Below are positions 25,363 through 37,241 of a stretch of DNA of 64,000 nucleotides, one piece after another. The notes under the pieces are model-generated. The model ran no database searches and had not been told where the DNA came from. It worked only from the letters and a program-made list of their open reading frames with translations. This DNA comes from Trichosphaerium sp. ATCC 40318 (taxonomy: Eukaryota > Protista > Tubulinea), in the NCBI GenBank assembly GCA_038496445.1, contig JALMLS010000057.1, forward strand, positions 113,281 through 177,280, written 5' to 3'. The position numbers were made by a program, and so were the translations under genes. Numbering within the stretch: the first letter of the stretch is position 1; every line of letters starts with the position of its first letter.

Positions 25363-28094
25363 CTATTCATCTGAGTCTTCTTCATCGGATTCGTCCTCGT
25401 CACTCTCTTCTTCTGCTTCCATAATCCACTCGATGAATTGCGTACACTGTATCCATGTCAGCTACAGCTTGGTGCCTACAGCAACTTACCTTTTTCAAGT
25501 ACTTTTTGTCTTCTTCGGTCTCGGCATTGTCAACTTCTTCCTTCCACTTTAGAACAGCATCCTATCACTGTCACGCTTTGTTTTAATACGCTACTTTACC
25601 TCTTCGATTATATCATGATCGTATAACCCATTGAGTACGAATTGGAACAAAGGTGCATACCTGTCACATTATTAAAAAACAAGTAAAAACACATTTCACT
25701 CACAAAGCACCAACTGGAGTATCACATATCTCTTGCCTAGAACACGCGACAGTCAGCACAGTTATGTTTTTGTTTAATTAGTACCATTGGAAAATGAAGT
25801 CAACTTGATCCTCAACAGTCAAACTAAAGCGAACAAAAAGTTCTCCCCATCGTTCAAGCAATTCACCAATCTTAGCTTAAGAAAACATTAACAAGCTATA
25901 TTTTTCCAAGGGAACATACCAACACGCTCTGTAGGTGTTGCTGAAGAAGGAACAGAGTTCATAAGAGCAGTGAATGATGTGGCAGCTACCTCCACCCATG
26001 TCGTGAGAGGGAAAGCTGTTTTCAGACCATTTATCTCCACACGCAAGTTTTCAATCGAGTGGTTTTCTTCCAAAGCTCTAGCGATTGTTTCTTGCACTTC
26101 AACACGGAACCCTTTTGAAAGTACTCAACAACACGCAATGTGACAAAATGATGGATTTCCTATTTGACGTACTTTCATCCTCAGACACATATACTGTTTC
26201 AGCTGTTGCAGCTTGCTCCTCTTCCATGTCCCACTCTTCGGCGTATTCTCTCGGTACTAACTTAAGTCAGATTTAGTTGCTTTTGGAACAATGTACCGAG
26301 TTCTGTGAGTTTGGGCGTATGCACGCGCCACAAGTATCCATTAGAATTAGGACTGATTGTTTGCTCGGTTGTGTCTTCACTTTTAATTGTAGTTATCTTA
26401 TCAAATGGTTGTAGAACGTCGCCAACATCTTCTGAAAGCTCAACGCCAAATGATATAACACATCCCTAAGTGTAGATTGTTAGTGGGAGTTTTCTCATCA
26501 ATGCACATGCCTTTGGTATAGTAATGCCTTGTCCCAGGCTAGCCCTTGAACAGATGAGTGCATCTTTGATTTTCACACCATCAGCAATAGTGACTTTATC
26601 CCAAATATAACAGTTTTCAATACTGACATTTTCACCAATGCTACAATCTCTTCCAATTGTTGAAGAATTAACGATAGAATTTGAACCAATCGATGTTCCC
26701 TTGCCAATAACACACTCATCACCAATTTTACAGGATCTTACAATAGATTAGAAGCAAGAAGTCATACCATTTAGCTACCTGGCAAGTTTAACGTCTTTTT
26801 CGAAATACTTGAGAGGCCTGTACATTTTATAGCTCGTGTCAGCTAAGAAATTAGAGTCAGGTGTCATTGGGTATGTCCATCGGTGAATAATATCCTATTC
26901 TGTGGTTATTGCGAGTTCTCTAACAAATACAAAACAATCTTACCTTAGTAACAGAGGTATAAGTCTTGAACGTATGTGCACGTGCAGCATAGCCACTTTC
27001 GATGATGTGGGCGAAAATTTTTGCGTTTAGGAACTCTAGTTCTGAGCCAAGAACACCACGAACAAAAGAGTTGATATCAGAGTAATCAAAATTGTCCTCG
27101 AGCTGGTACAATAATTCTGGCGCACAAATAGCAATTTTACAATCGTATACGTCGTGCCTATGAACCTATTGTGAATACACTTAAAATTTTACACTTTTGA
27201 ATACCTGAACTCCATTGTTGCAGATGCTTTAATGGTAAATTTGTCAACATTATATTTTTGTTTGTCTGTACTGTCCTCATACAATAGAAGCTGACTGGTG
27301 TCTTTATTGATAGCAATGACCAAGTCTTCATGTTCAGAGCGCGTGCGATGTCCAGGGCCCGCAGACTGTAGTAACGTAAGTTGTGGTGAGACAATAAAAA
27401 ATACTTACCTTGAAAACCATTGTTAAAAGCGTAGATTTGTCCTTTCTGCGTCTTTCTCTTGAAATCAAGTTAGCCACGCAAGTTGTGTGATAGACCAACG
27501 CACTTGTGAGCTTTCAAAATGTCGTCAAGTTTAACATTCGCAACGACATCTGATCGCATCAGAATAAACTCAGACTGTATCAGGGACTTTTTGTACATCT
27601 TTAACGAGGTGTTAGCGCATGATTAATTAATAACACTGTTGTACCTCGCGTAGAACGTCTCCAACGCTCTCAACACGCTTGTTAGTAAACGCTGTAACCT
27701 TCATACCGCCATTGTCACTGTATCGTTCCCTAACATAAATGTGTCAGTACAATGGCTTCAATAGTAAGTCTCTCGCATACTTTAAATGTTCTTGTATCAT
27801 AGCTGCGTGAGAGTTGCAAAGAACGAAAACTTCTTTTACGCCTGCGGCAGACAAGAAATCGATACTGTAGTCGATCATAGGGATATTGACGAGTGGCAAT
27901 AAAGCCTGTAGGAGGAATATTAGCGTTTGCTGATTAGATTACAATAATTATACCCTAGGAAGCTCTAACGTTATAGGTTTATAATATTCATCAAAGCTAT
28001 CAGCAATCAAAAGCGCCTGAAGCTTAGTATCATCACTAGCTTTAAATGAGGATTTATTTCCCTTTCCCTTACCACCCTTACGCCGCTTAGACAT
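25363..28094 (-). CDS. EIF2B5: Translation initiation factor eIF2B subunit epsilon
   Basis: LQALLIADSF...KPITLELPRALLPLVNIPMIDY, YAARAHTFKTY..V..DIIHRWTYPMTPD, hexapeptide LbH repeats and a W2 domain with an acidic tail. Confidence 0.93.
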
Positions 28095-28294
28095 GGTACA
28101 GTGGGTAACTTTGTTTGGTGTCAACGCTGGCTGGTTTTTTTTCCACTTTGGTCAAACGGAGACTTTTATCTGTGGCATTTTTTCTTAGCGCCACTGGTCA
28201 TACTACGTAATCTTATCTTGTGTAAGGCCAAAAGCCTTGTACATTTGCAGTTTGACACTCAAAATACAGTATAATTTTATTTACATTTATGTAA

Positions 28295-29492
28295 CTAGTT
28301 AAGAATTTTGGTTGCATGTTTACGCAAAACATTTTGCAACTCTGCTAGTACACTAGTAGCTACAGCTGATGTGGGTATATCTTTAACCTTATTTTCTGCT
28401 ATTACGTGCACCCTGTTGATTGGCAGTAGAAGCCGTGATGTGCTAGATAAGAATGCGCCCTCCCACGTGTCAAGTGTATCAATTGTTGGAAGGCGTAATT
28501 CAACAGGTACTCCCAAACTCCTAGTAGCTGTTAGTTCTTCACTATTACGTTTTCACGCACTCGCAAACTTCCAAAATGAGCCCTCTCATAGTACCAGCAA
28601 GCACCTGTTTGATATAAGGTTATGACGAGAAATAGACATTTGGATTTACCTTGTTGTCAGGAGCTGTAATTACTTTACCACCTTCAACTGTATAAAAATT
28701 ACTGCTAAGACCTTCTGCAATGGCTCCTGTATCATCGACCATTATAACTTCGTTTGCATCTGGCGCTTTTGCCTTTTCTAGCTTCGTTCTAGTTCTAAAG
28801 AAAAGGTCACACAAAAACCACAAGTGTGTATCACGCACGAAGCCCAACTCAGGTGCTTTATCTCAGGGTTGTCCCTTACGAATTTACGAACCTCAACTTT
28901 CATTGTGTCTCCCAAATGTTGGGTGAGTGGGGTTACAACTACATACATGGAGTATTTATCAAGCAACTTGAACGTATTAGTAACGTACAAATTATGCGGT
29001 TAGTACCTTGCCGCCTTCGGAAGGTATCATAAGCATGGTAACTTGCCCTTCGTTAGCACGTGATTTATTTTTATTCCAAAAAGTGTCCAAAGCTGCGCTA
29101 ACGCTGGGTGTCACGAAATCCCTAAAAGTAACTAAGTACTAGCAACAAGCATTAGTAGCTAGTCGTACTTTACTAATTTAAAGTCCAAATCTGAAGCGTT
29201 TTTCTCAACAATTTGTGGAACATTGCCTGTTCTGACATTAGCTAGCGTAATAAACACTCGCACGTACATAGCCTGGCTATTTGCTTGTCGTAAAAAAGAA
29301 GTGAATGTTTTTCGTAAGTTCTTGCGCTTGTATAAACGCCTGTTGGCGTTAGTACGGGTAGCAATACGCGTCAGTACCTCTCTTATGGTGTCTTAATAAT
29401 TCTTTAACACTTTTAAACCCATGGTCTTTTACAAATTCTCCGTCGTATGCAAATACCATCTGGGGTGCACTAGGAGGAGTGATAATGCTCAT
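28295..29492 (-). CDS. Class IV (D-amino-acid/BCAT-like) PLP-dependent aminotransferase family protein
   Basis: GVYTSART, RDNPEIKH (candidate PLP Lys), EVIMVDDTGAIAEGLSSNFY, VLAGTMR and WEGAFLSSTSRLLLPI. Confidence 0.85.
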
Positions 29493-29607
29493 GTAAGTTC
29501 GCTGACCACTGAATGGTACTGATCTACGCTGTCGATACTGTAGTAAGCCTCTCGTTTTGAATAGCTCTCGGAGGAAAAAACTACCGTCAACGAACACCGA
29601 CGTTGAA

Positions 29608-31669
29608 ATGGCGGTCAGCGAGATTCTTTTTCAAAAATTGGTTCTGTAATTAATGACGGCGAACTTGTATGCCAACCCTTCCACAAGTTCTCTCGTAGAG
29701 CCTTTTGATGCTTGCGTACCACTACAAAGCTCTTAACCGACTGGCCTGCAAGCTAAATGTTAAGGCGCACGATGAATGGCTAAATGTCCCTAAAAAAGCG
29801 TTTAAAGACAGAGGGGTGCATTTTCTAGAGCGGGTGTACGACCCTAAATAAGAATTGCTGAAATTTGTTATTTACAGACCTAGCTACCACTCTTCGATAG
29901 AAACTATGTTAAAAGCGGTGTATCCAACGTTTGACTGTCAATTGGCTTGTAGGAGTGTTGATACTTTTAATGGCACTAAAACAACCAATTTACGCATTGA
30001 TACGCGCACCAGAGCTAATAAAAGGTACTTAGAATTATTAATTGAAGCATAACTTTTCCTACGTTTAACTGACAACAAATAGAAAAAATGGATACTGGAG
30101 CGATATTAAAAACCAAAGAGAATGGTTTAACAACATAAGCGAGAAACTTGAAATTAAAACAGCCAATGAATGGTACAGTGTTTCGAGAACCGATGTCTGT
30201 GCTTTTGGGAGAGGTTTGATGGACAGGCACGTGATAAACCTGTTATTCTAACCTTACCTTTTGACAAAGGTACAATGATTCAGTAGTTTCCGCCTTGAAA
30301 AACATTTATCCAGAGTATTTGTGGGAAGATTGGAGGTTTGGGTATGTAAAACTGGCATCTAGAAGTTCTGACTAATGTCACTCTAGTCGCATGCCCCAAG
30401 ATGCTGCTTCTGGCTCGCTGTCGTTGAACACTCTGGGCAAAAGATTGTGTATCATGACAATGAGTGATTGGTACAACGTCCAGTCGAAACAAATGACTTT
30501 GGTTGGTGGCGCCACCTTAATCCAAAAGTACTCTCTTATCACTTTGAGCGCTGTAACTCAATCTACTATAGATACGATAGTTCTATGTTTCTAATGTTGA
30601 AGGCAATAGTACCATATTATAACTGGGATGCTAGCAAATTTCAGTAAGAATCAAAGAGGATCTCGTCGATGGCAGTTGCTAAGCTTTAAGTAGAAATGCA
30701 CAACGGGGATATTGGAATGAAAATAGTAACTTACAACGACTATGCGATCGCATAGCGATCAAGCTTGGTGTCTTGGTACTACAAGATTGGTATAATGTTA
30801 GCTGGTCCGATTTTGTAAAACACGGAGGTATTTTACACAAGTACGTATTCTGTTCTCAACAGTAGTTAATGACCTGCAAGGAAAAATCGTTCTCTTTCAG
30901 ATACCTTAAAGACAGCATTTCCAGATTACTCGTGGAAGCTACACAAATTCGCGTGCGTGTAAGACAAGTAACACTAGCCAATAATATCTAGGAAAGCGCC
31001 TCAAGGATTTTGGCATGATAGCAACCTCCAACGAGACAAGTTTGAGTTTATTGCTGCCCAATTGGACACAAAATTAGTGGATGACTGGCGTCATATAACT
31101 ACTAAGCAGGTTAGTGCTTTGGGTGGTAAATCTCTTCTTCATAAGTAAGCTGCGGTTTTTCTTTTACTTTTTGATGTTCTGCAGGCATGGTGGTTCAGTA
31201 CACAATGCTGTAAGATCTTTTTATCCTACGTACAAGCCACTCAAACGACAAAGGTTTGCAATAGCGCTTACTTTATTTCTATCTTATCTCCTTTTTAGGA
31301 AGCGAACAGAAGCAGAGCCACGTGGTTACTGGAAAAATAGACTCAATGTTTTGAGATTTTTGAAAGGTGTACAAAAAAAACTAAACATTCAGAAACCTGA
31401 ACAATGGTATGACGAAAATTCCAGATGCTGTACTCAATTTGCTTTAGGTCTCGAGTATCACGGCCTCAAATTGCTAGTTTAGGCGGTGGGGGTGTCCTGA
31501 ACTGGTATCCTCAAGTACTGGAAGTGTTATATCCCAATCTAGACTGGGACTGGCAGGGAGTGACAAATGACAACAAGAAGGCACGCCAAAGGTACACGAA
31601 AAGAGTGATATGACGATTGTGCTAATGAGTATTAGGTGGCTTGTAGAATGTGTAAATTCTACATTCTAG
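29608..31669 (+). CDS. Uncharacterised tandem-repeat protein (W-x-x-V...GG...YP...W repeats of about 65-70 aa)
   Basis: Repeated motifs such as PQGFWHDSNLQR, PRGYWKNRLN, DWYNV..GG and LKNIYPEYLWEDWRF across many short exons; start approximate. Confidence 0.65.
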
Positions 31670-31836
31670 TCGTGTGGTTATAAATGCGCCGACAGCTACA
31701 CATCGGATTCCACCTTTGTACTATTTGTAAATAAATCTCTAAAATATGCAACAGGTCAACTAAAAAACACTACAAGGACTGTCGTTTCAAAAAAAAAACC
31801 TACTTCGCTAGGCTAAAATTTGCAAAAGTCGACGAA

Positions 31837-31907
31837 TCGAACACACTGGGATTCGAGCCCAGGGCTCCCGCGTGGACGGCGGACGTGTTACTACACCAAA
31901 TGAACGA
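31837..31907 (-). pseudogene. Degenerate tRNA-like sequence (Asp/Gly-like) or tRNA-derived SINE head
   Basis: The minus strand has a T-arm CTGGG-CTCGAAT-CCCAG, an anticodon arm TCCGC-CGTCCAC-GCGGG and a D-stem GTGT/ACAC. The D-loop lacks GG, the acceptor stem pairs poorly and position 33 is not U. A TTTT run follows. Confidence 0.6.
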
Positions 31908-31993
31908 TCGCCGGATATTAAAGCCTATTGGTCCCTTTTAGTTACAACACAGCAATCTTGTTCATAGAACAGAATTCGTGACTTTGTAACAGC

Positions 31994-32393
31994 GGAGATG
32001 TACAGAATGAAATGAATTGATTCCGAAAAAACACGAAATATTCCGTGTTTTTACTGGTAAGTAGATTGCCCTGGACAACCACATCTTAACACAGTTGAAG
32101 CAAGAACTTTTGGTTGGTTTCCAAGAGCATTGCAGTGAGCAGCTGTTCTTGTTCCAAAAAGTGACATAGAAAGAATGAGAAGTGTCACTGAGACATAGTA
32201 CAATCAGTTTAGCGTTGTATACACAACTTTCGTAGTTTCTGTGTGTGGAAACTACCTACTAAAGACCTTGCTTCAACTATATGAGATATGGTTTGGAGAT
32301 GGTAAAAACACGGAATGTTTCAGAATATTTCGTGTTTTTTTCGGAACGTTTCATGTTTTTTCGGAATCAATTCATTTCATTCTGTACATCTCC
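31994..32393. mobile_element. Non-autonomous DNA transposon (MITE/foldback), 400 bp, 3-bp TSD AGC
   Basis: The terminus GGAGATGTACAGAATGAAATGAATTGATTCCGAAAAAA has its reverse complement ending at 32393; AGC lies at 31991-31993 and 32394-32396; further inner inverted arms; no convincing ORF. Confidence 0.85.
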
Positions 32394-32523
32394 AGCAAAA
32401 AAAGATTTAGCGCATTTTTGCAAGTTGCTTTGTATTAAATGGAGTTAGATGTACGCAAAGATAAAAAAAAAACTAAGAACTTGACTTGTTTACAATTTAG
32501 TTATTTTACATTTTTTAGTTAAT

Positions 32524-33630
32524 TTACATTTGTTTTTGTTGTTTCTTTTGCTTTTTTAGCAATTTACGTCTACGACGTTTAAGAAATTTGGCGTGACTGG
32601 TGTGTAGAGTCCAGCTCATACGGGCACTGTCTTTGAATTCTGCCGTATCGAGAGCTTGTGACATGAATGGATGCTTCAGCAACTCCGACGCAGTCGATGG
32701 AATATCAAGGTCTAGGCATCGCTTGACAAAGTCTTTGAATACCAAATCACACTCATAGTCATATTTCGCACAGAATCTATCGAGGGCTGTGTTGGTGTTT
32801 GTTTCACTTCCATTAAAATGGTCTGGATCGTTCCTCATCGAAGGTGAAGGAAAGATTTGACGAGCAGGCATAGCGAGTTGTATAGCCAGCATCCCAATTG
32901 CATAAATGTCGCTTTCTTCGTTGTATCCATCGTTCTTTACATTAGGTGATACAAAGCCGATTGTGCCAACAAAGTCTTTTGAATCTTCCAAGTCGGTTTT
33001 ATATCCGGCGAGTCCAAAGTCAGCCAGTTTAGGGACAAAGTCTGGTGTAACCACAATGTTTTCTGCTTTGATATCGCGGTGAATGATACCAGAATCGTGC
33101 AGTTTGGAGACAGCGGTGAGGGTTGCCTTGATAACAGTTGCTATCTGAGGGCGGGTCACACACTTCAATTCTGCAGCATCGCATATTGCCCTTGGCATGA
33201 CCAAGGCTACATCTTTCCCGTCATCGACATACGCCACCGGTTCGAGAATATTGGTGCATTGTACGGCTCGAGATAGCTCGTATTCGGTTTTCTAAACGAT
33301 TATAAGACAACAAACTCAAAACAACAAAAAAATCGAGATAAAAAAAAACACCCAAAAAACTCATGACAAAAAATACAATGTAAAAAAGGGACGTACCAGG
33401 GTTTCTGCCAGGTAATCGATCTCCTCTTGGCTCTTGTTCGTTTTGTCCAGCACTTTAACTGCGAGTTTAGCGCCAGTTATCTTGTCCTGTGCCTTGAACA
33501 CAGCGCCAAAGCCACCGTTGCCAAGAGGTTTTGTCGAAGTGAGTTTGAAGCTCGTTTTCGGTGTCCTGCCAGTTAATCGGTAGAAAGCGGAAGTTGCACA
33601 GTTCGAGATAGCGTTTACAATTTTAGACAT
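32524..33630 (-). CDS. Ser/Thr protein kinase (STE-like), one intron
   Basis: LGNGGFGAV, LAVK, HRDIKAEN, DFG, GTIGFVSPN and SDIYAIG. Confidence 0.9.
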
Positions 33631-34480
33631 GTTGCTCCGTTGTTGTGTGGTTGAATAATTGAGAAAAGGCGGATTAAATAGTATGGAAAACTCGCTTTTT
33701 TTCAACAATGATAACAACCATACACCAGAATATGAGAATCCGAAATGTATCTGGTTGGGTGCCAAAACAACATTGGAGGCAGTTCCGGAAGTACCGGTTC
33801 AAAATGAGAAAATGAAATTGCAAATGTTAACCACAATCGACCAACGTTCGAGAATTCCCTACATAATTCACGACCACTATCTAACCTGGATAATGGCATT
33901 ACGCATTATCATTACCAAAGCATTCTACGGAGAAAACCAGAGGCAAGCAAACATTTTACTGTGTAGCTTTTTACATTCCTTTTTTTAGTACATTTTGCAG
34001 ACAGTAATAGGTACAAAGTATTGTTGTACCCTTTACAAAACACTGCGACGCTATTATATAGCGTAGAAGGCATGAACTTGTTGTTTCATAACCCTGAAAC
34101 CGATCTCGGTTAAATCACGTTTCCTCAACCGAAATACGCCTGAATAAGCCGGAAACGCTGTGACAATGAATTAGGAACTGTATTCAACGTATCTAAGTGT
34201 TTGTTGAGTGAGTAACGGTTCGTAAAATAATGCTCTGGACTTTGTTTCTCCCTTTTTCCCCAAAGATGGAAATAAACTAAAAATGCAAATCAATTCGATT
34301 CTAACCACGCTGTTACGCCGACCACCAAGGATATATGTCTTCGAAAAGGATTTGTTCAGCGCGTTACAATGTTTCTCCGAGTACTCTACTTTCTTGGTTA
34401 TCGGCCCGCAAACTGCGCAGTATATGCGTACGCACCAATAATATATACAACAAACACAACACGCAACTCTTCTGCTCAAA

Positions 34481-34981
34481 ATGCCTATCCGATCATCCCT
34501 CAACAACAAGACGAAACAACCTACCTCCCAAACCCTCGAGCAATTTGCGCGTAAAGGATTAAAGCATAAAACAGTTCTCATGGTTCTAAAATCTACGGTA
34601 ATACAGCTTGGCGCGTTACATCAAGCAGGATACGCTTACACGCACATTGATGGACAAAACATAAAAGTCCACCGAAAAGAACACTGCCTAATGCTCACTG
34701 GTTCGCTCAACGACGACAAGAACACTGGCTATAGCCCTCTGGGACTTGAAGAGCAACAAAGAAACGATATTCACCAACTCGGATGCTTGGCTACCTGGCT
34801 CACCCTTGGAGGCGAATTTGATTGCGTAAAAACACTGGACAGGCACCAACAACTTCTTGCTTTGAAAAAAACTCGAGCATCGGCCACACTCCTCAACTTT
34901 GTATCTGCATGCTTTGACGAATCCACAACGCGAACCCTTTCTAGCGCACTCGAAACTGTACATGTAAAAAAGATAAAATAA
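34481..34981 (+). CDS. Kinase C-lobe-like pseudokinase fragment, intronless
   Basis: VLKSTVIQLGALHQAGYAYTHIDGQNIKV...NDIHQLGCLA...LLNFVSACF follows alphaE, catalytic loop, alphaF and alphaH, without HRD, DFG or an N-lobe. Confidence 0.6.
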   Translation: MPIRSSLNNKTKQPTSQTLEQFARKGLKHKTVLMVLKSTVIQLGALHQAGYAYTHIDGQNIKVHRKEHCLMLTGSLNDDKNTGYSPLGLEEQQRNDIHQLGCLATWLTLGGEFDCVKTLDRHQQLLALKKTRASATLLNFVSACFDESTTRTLSSALETVHVKKIK

Positions 34982-35088
34982 AAACAAATATTATGTAAAA
35001 CAACTTTTACATTATACCAATAGTTATTCAACAAGTTTTGTGATTGTTGTGATGGGTTTTTTATTTTTGTACAATTGAGCGTTGCTCT

Positions 35089-36856
35089 TCATTCATCTAC
35101 CTTATGTTTACATATAGGACATACATCATGATCACTGAGCCAAGGATCAATACATTTCTCGTGGAACTTGTGCAAGCAAGGTACAATTTTTAGCTGTTGA
35201 CCAAGTTCGAAGTTTTGCAAACAGATACAACACCTACATCCACTTAGCACATTAAACAAGTAGAATAAAACATACGTTGTGTCTTCACCGTTAGCTGAAC
35301 CATGCCCCTTGTACTCAAATACAGGGAGTGTATCCTTATTACTGGCGCCTTTGGGTATCTTGTTGAGTATATTATGAAGTGTGCTAAATATTGCAGGTGT
35401 TTCACGTGCATCTTGGTTTAAAATCGCTTTGTACATATGTTAACTAGCAAACCGCATTTACACTTTTTAAAGAACGTACTGCTTGCCAGCTGTAATCTAT
35501 TCAAAAATTGCACTACTTCTTGGCGTGTCACCTGAGAGCTTTCATCATCATCTGAGTCAGAAGCGAGTTCAAACTCGTTTGAGGATTCTAATAATTCAGG
35601 ACTCGGCAGTTGTGGAGAAGAATCAGAAGAAGAAATGCCTACAGCTTCGCCAAGGCCAAGAGACTCCTTACTTTATAGTTAATATCTCTATACTAAGTAA
35701 AGGTAATTGTACCATAACTTGTAGTTCCCGTGCGTAAGCTTCATCACTAGCTATTTGATCATTATTGACTTGCTATAGTTCCATTAAAATGCCACTCTAG
35801 TTTGTATAAAAACCACAATACGTACTGCTGTGTAATGTGGCTGTAATGTTGCCAGTGATGTGTAGTCTTCTTCAAAAGGATTGATACCATCATCACTTGA
35901 TCTCAATGCTGTATGATATATGAGTACGTAGAAATACAAAAAGTTCAGCATACCAACGCGTAGGCGATGTTGATTTGGATTTCGTGCTCGCCTGAGATCC
36001 TGTGCTGTGGCAGAACTTGAGGAGCGCCGCTGCTCTCGAGCCTAGCGCACGATTTAAACTATTATATGCTGAAATAAAGACCTGGTACCTCTTTTGTTGC
36101 TCTCCGTGCGCGATCTCTTGTGCTACTACGGTTGCGTCTGGATCTATGTGGCCTCCTAGTTTCGCTTTCTCCGCGGTCTCTGTCTGATCGCCTATCTGAA
36201 CGCTTGGTCCTTTTTCTTGCCTTCTTTTCGCGACGTGATGCGCTTTGCGAACTACTCGATGACATAGAGTGCGAACGATGTACTGACGTGGTGCGACTCT
36301 GGCTCATGGGAGCGGAGATGGACGAGGATGGTTCTGGATTGACACCACGTATATTATTAATTACATCCTGAGACGCTTCTATTTCACCCTTTTATAATAC
36401 GTAAGACTGCTTAGTATTGGACATAAAAAGATTGGTATATTCTAATAATGCAGAAACCGAAAATAAAGGAAAAAACAATTTATCGTACTTACACTTTCTA
36501 TCAGTTGTAAAATGTACTTCATTGACAAATCCTCTTCTTCTTGCTTCCCTAATGGAGCTGACGGCTTTGCTTGTGTAGCATGTTTCGATTTTTTCTTTAC
36601 ACGCCTGGGAGAGAAGCTTATAAACTCCTCTGACGCCGATGACGAGGAACAGGAATCTTCTGAGGTGTCATCAGTTGTACTCCAAGCCGTAACTAAATAA
36701 GGGTTAAAATTTTAGTTGGGGAGGTCAAATAGACCCCTACAATGAAGAAACAACGACCTGTACACGTATTAGGATTAACGTACGTTTTTGCTCGTTTTTG
36801 TGGCTCGATGATCTTTTTCGAGGCACTCGCGGTTTCCTTACGCGTCGCTCAGCCAT
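35089..36856 (-). CDS. RING-H2 E3 ubiquitin ligase with an R/S-rich N-terminal region
   Basis: C-terminal CCICLQNFELGQQLKIVPCLHKFHEKCIDPWLSDHDVCPICK; start MAERRVRK inferred by splicing. Confidence 0.85.
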
Positions 36857-37241
36857 TTGAGCCACAATTGATCAATGTAACCCGGGCAATGCTACACGGA
36901 AATTCAAGCCGAAACACAGTTGTAGATTACGACGACTTGATACTCGCTGCAAACAGTGATAATATGTGTATTTGGTAGGTAACTCACTTAACGCGCTTTT
37001 AAGTCTGTCATTTGCGGTACGTTTTAGTATGTCGACCAATGATTGGTAGGTAACGATGGTTGGTATACAACTTGGCACGTGATCAGTTCTTTTCAAAGGC
37101 GGTAAACAATTCTAATTCTATTCCACTATTCTTTTGTAGCGGAAAACAAAAAAATATACATCCTAATATGTAGCGTAACCCTCTGCGATTGCCCAAATAA
37201 ACAATGTGACACATAGTGCAATTATTTTACATTTATTTTGT

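Noticed and set aside
34335-34562. HTH-like peptide (ARYNVSPSTLLSWL) upstream of the pseudokinase
   Set aside because: It is too short, I found no convincing splice into the downstream ORF, and it may be chance.
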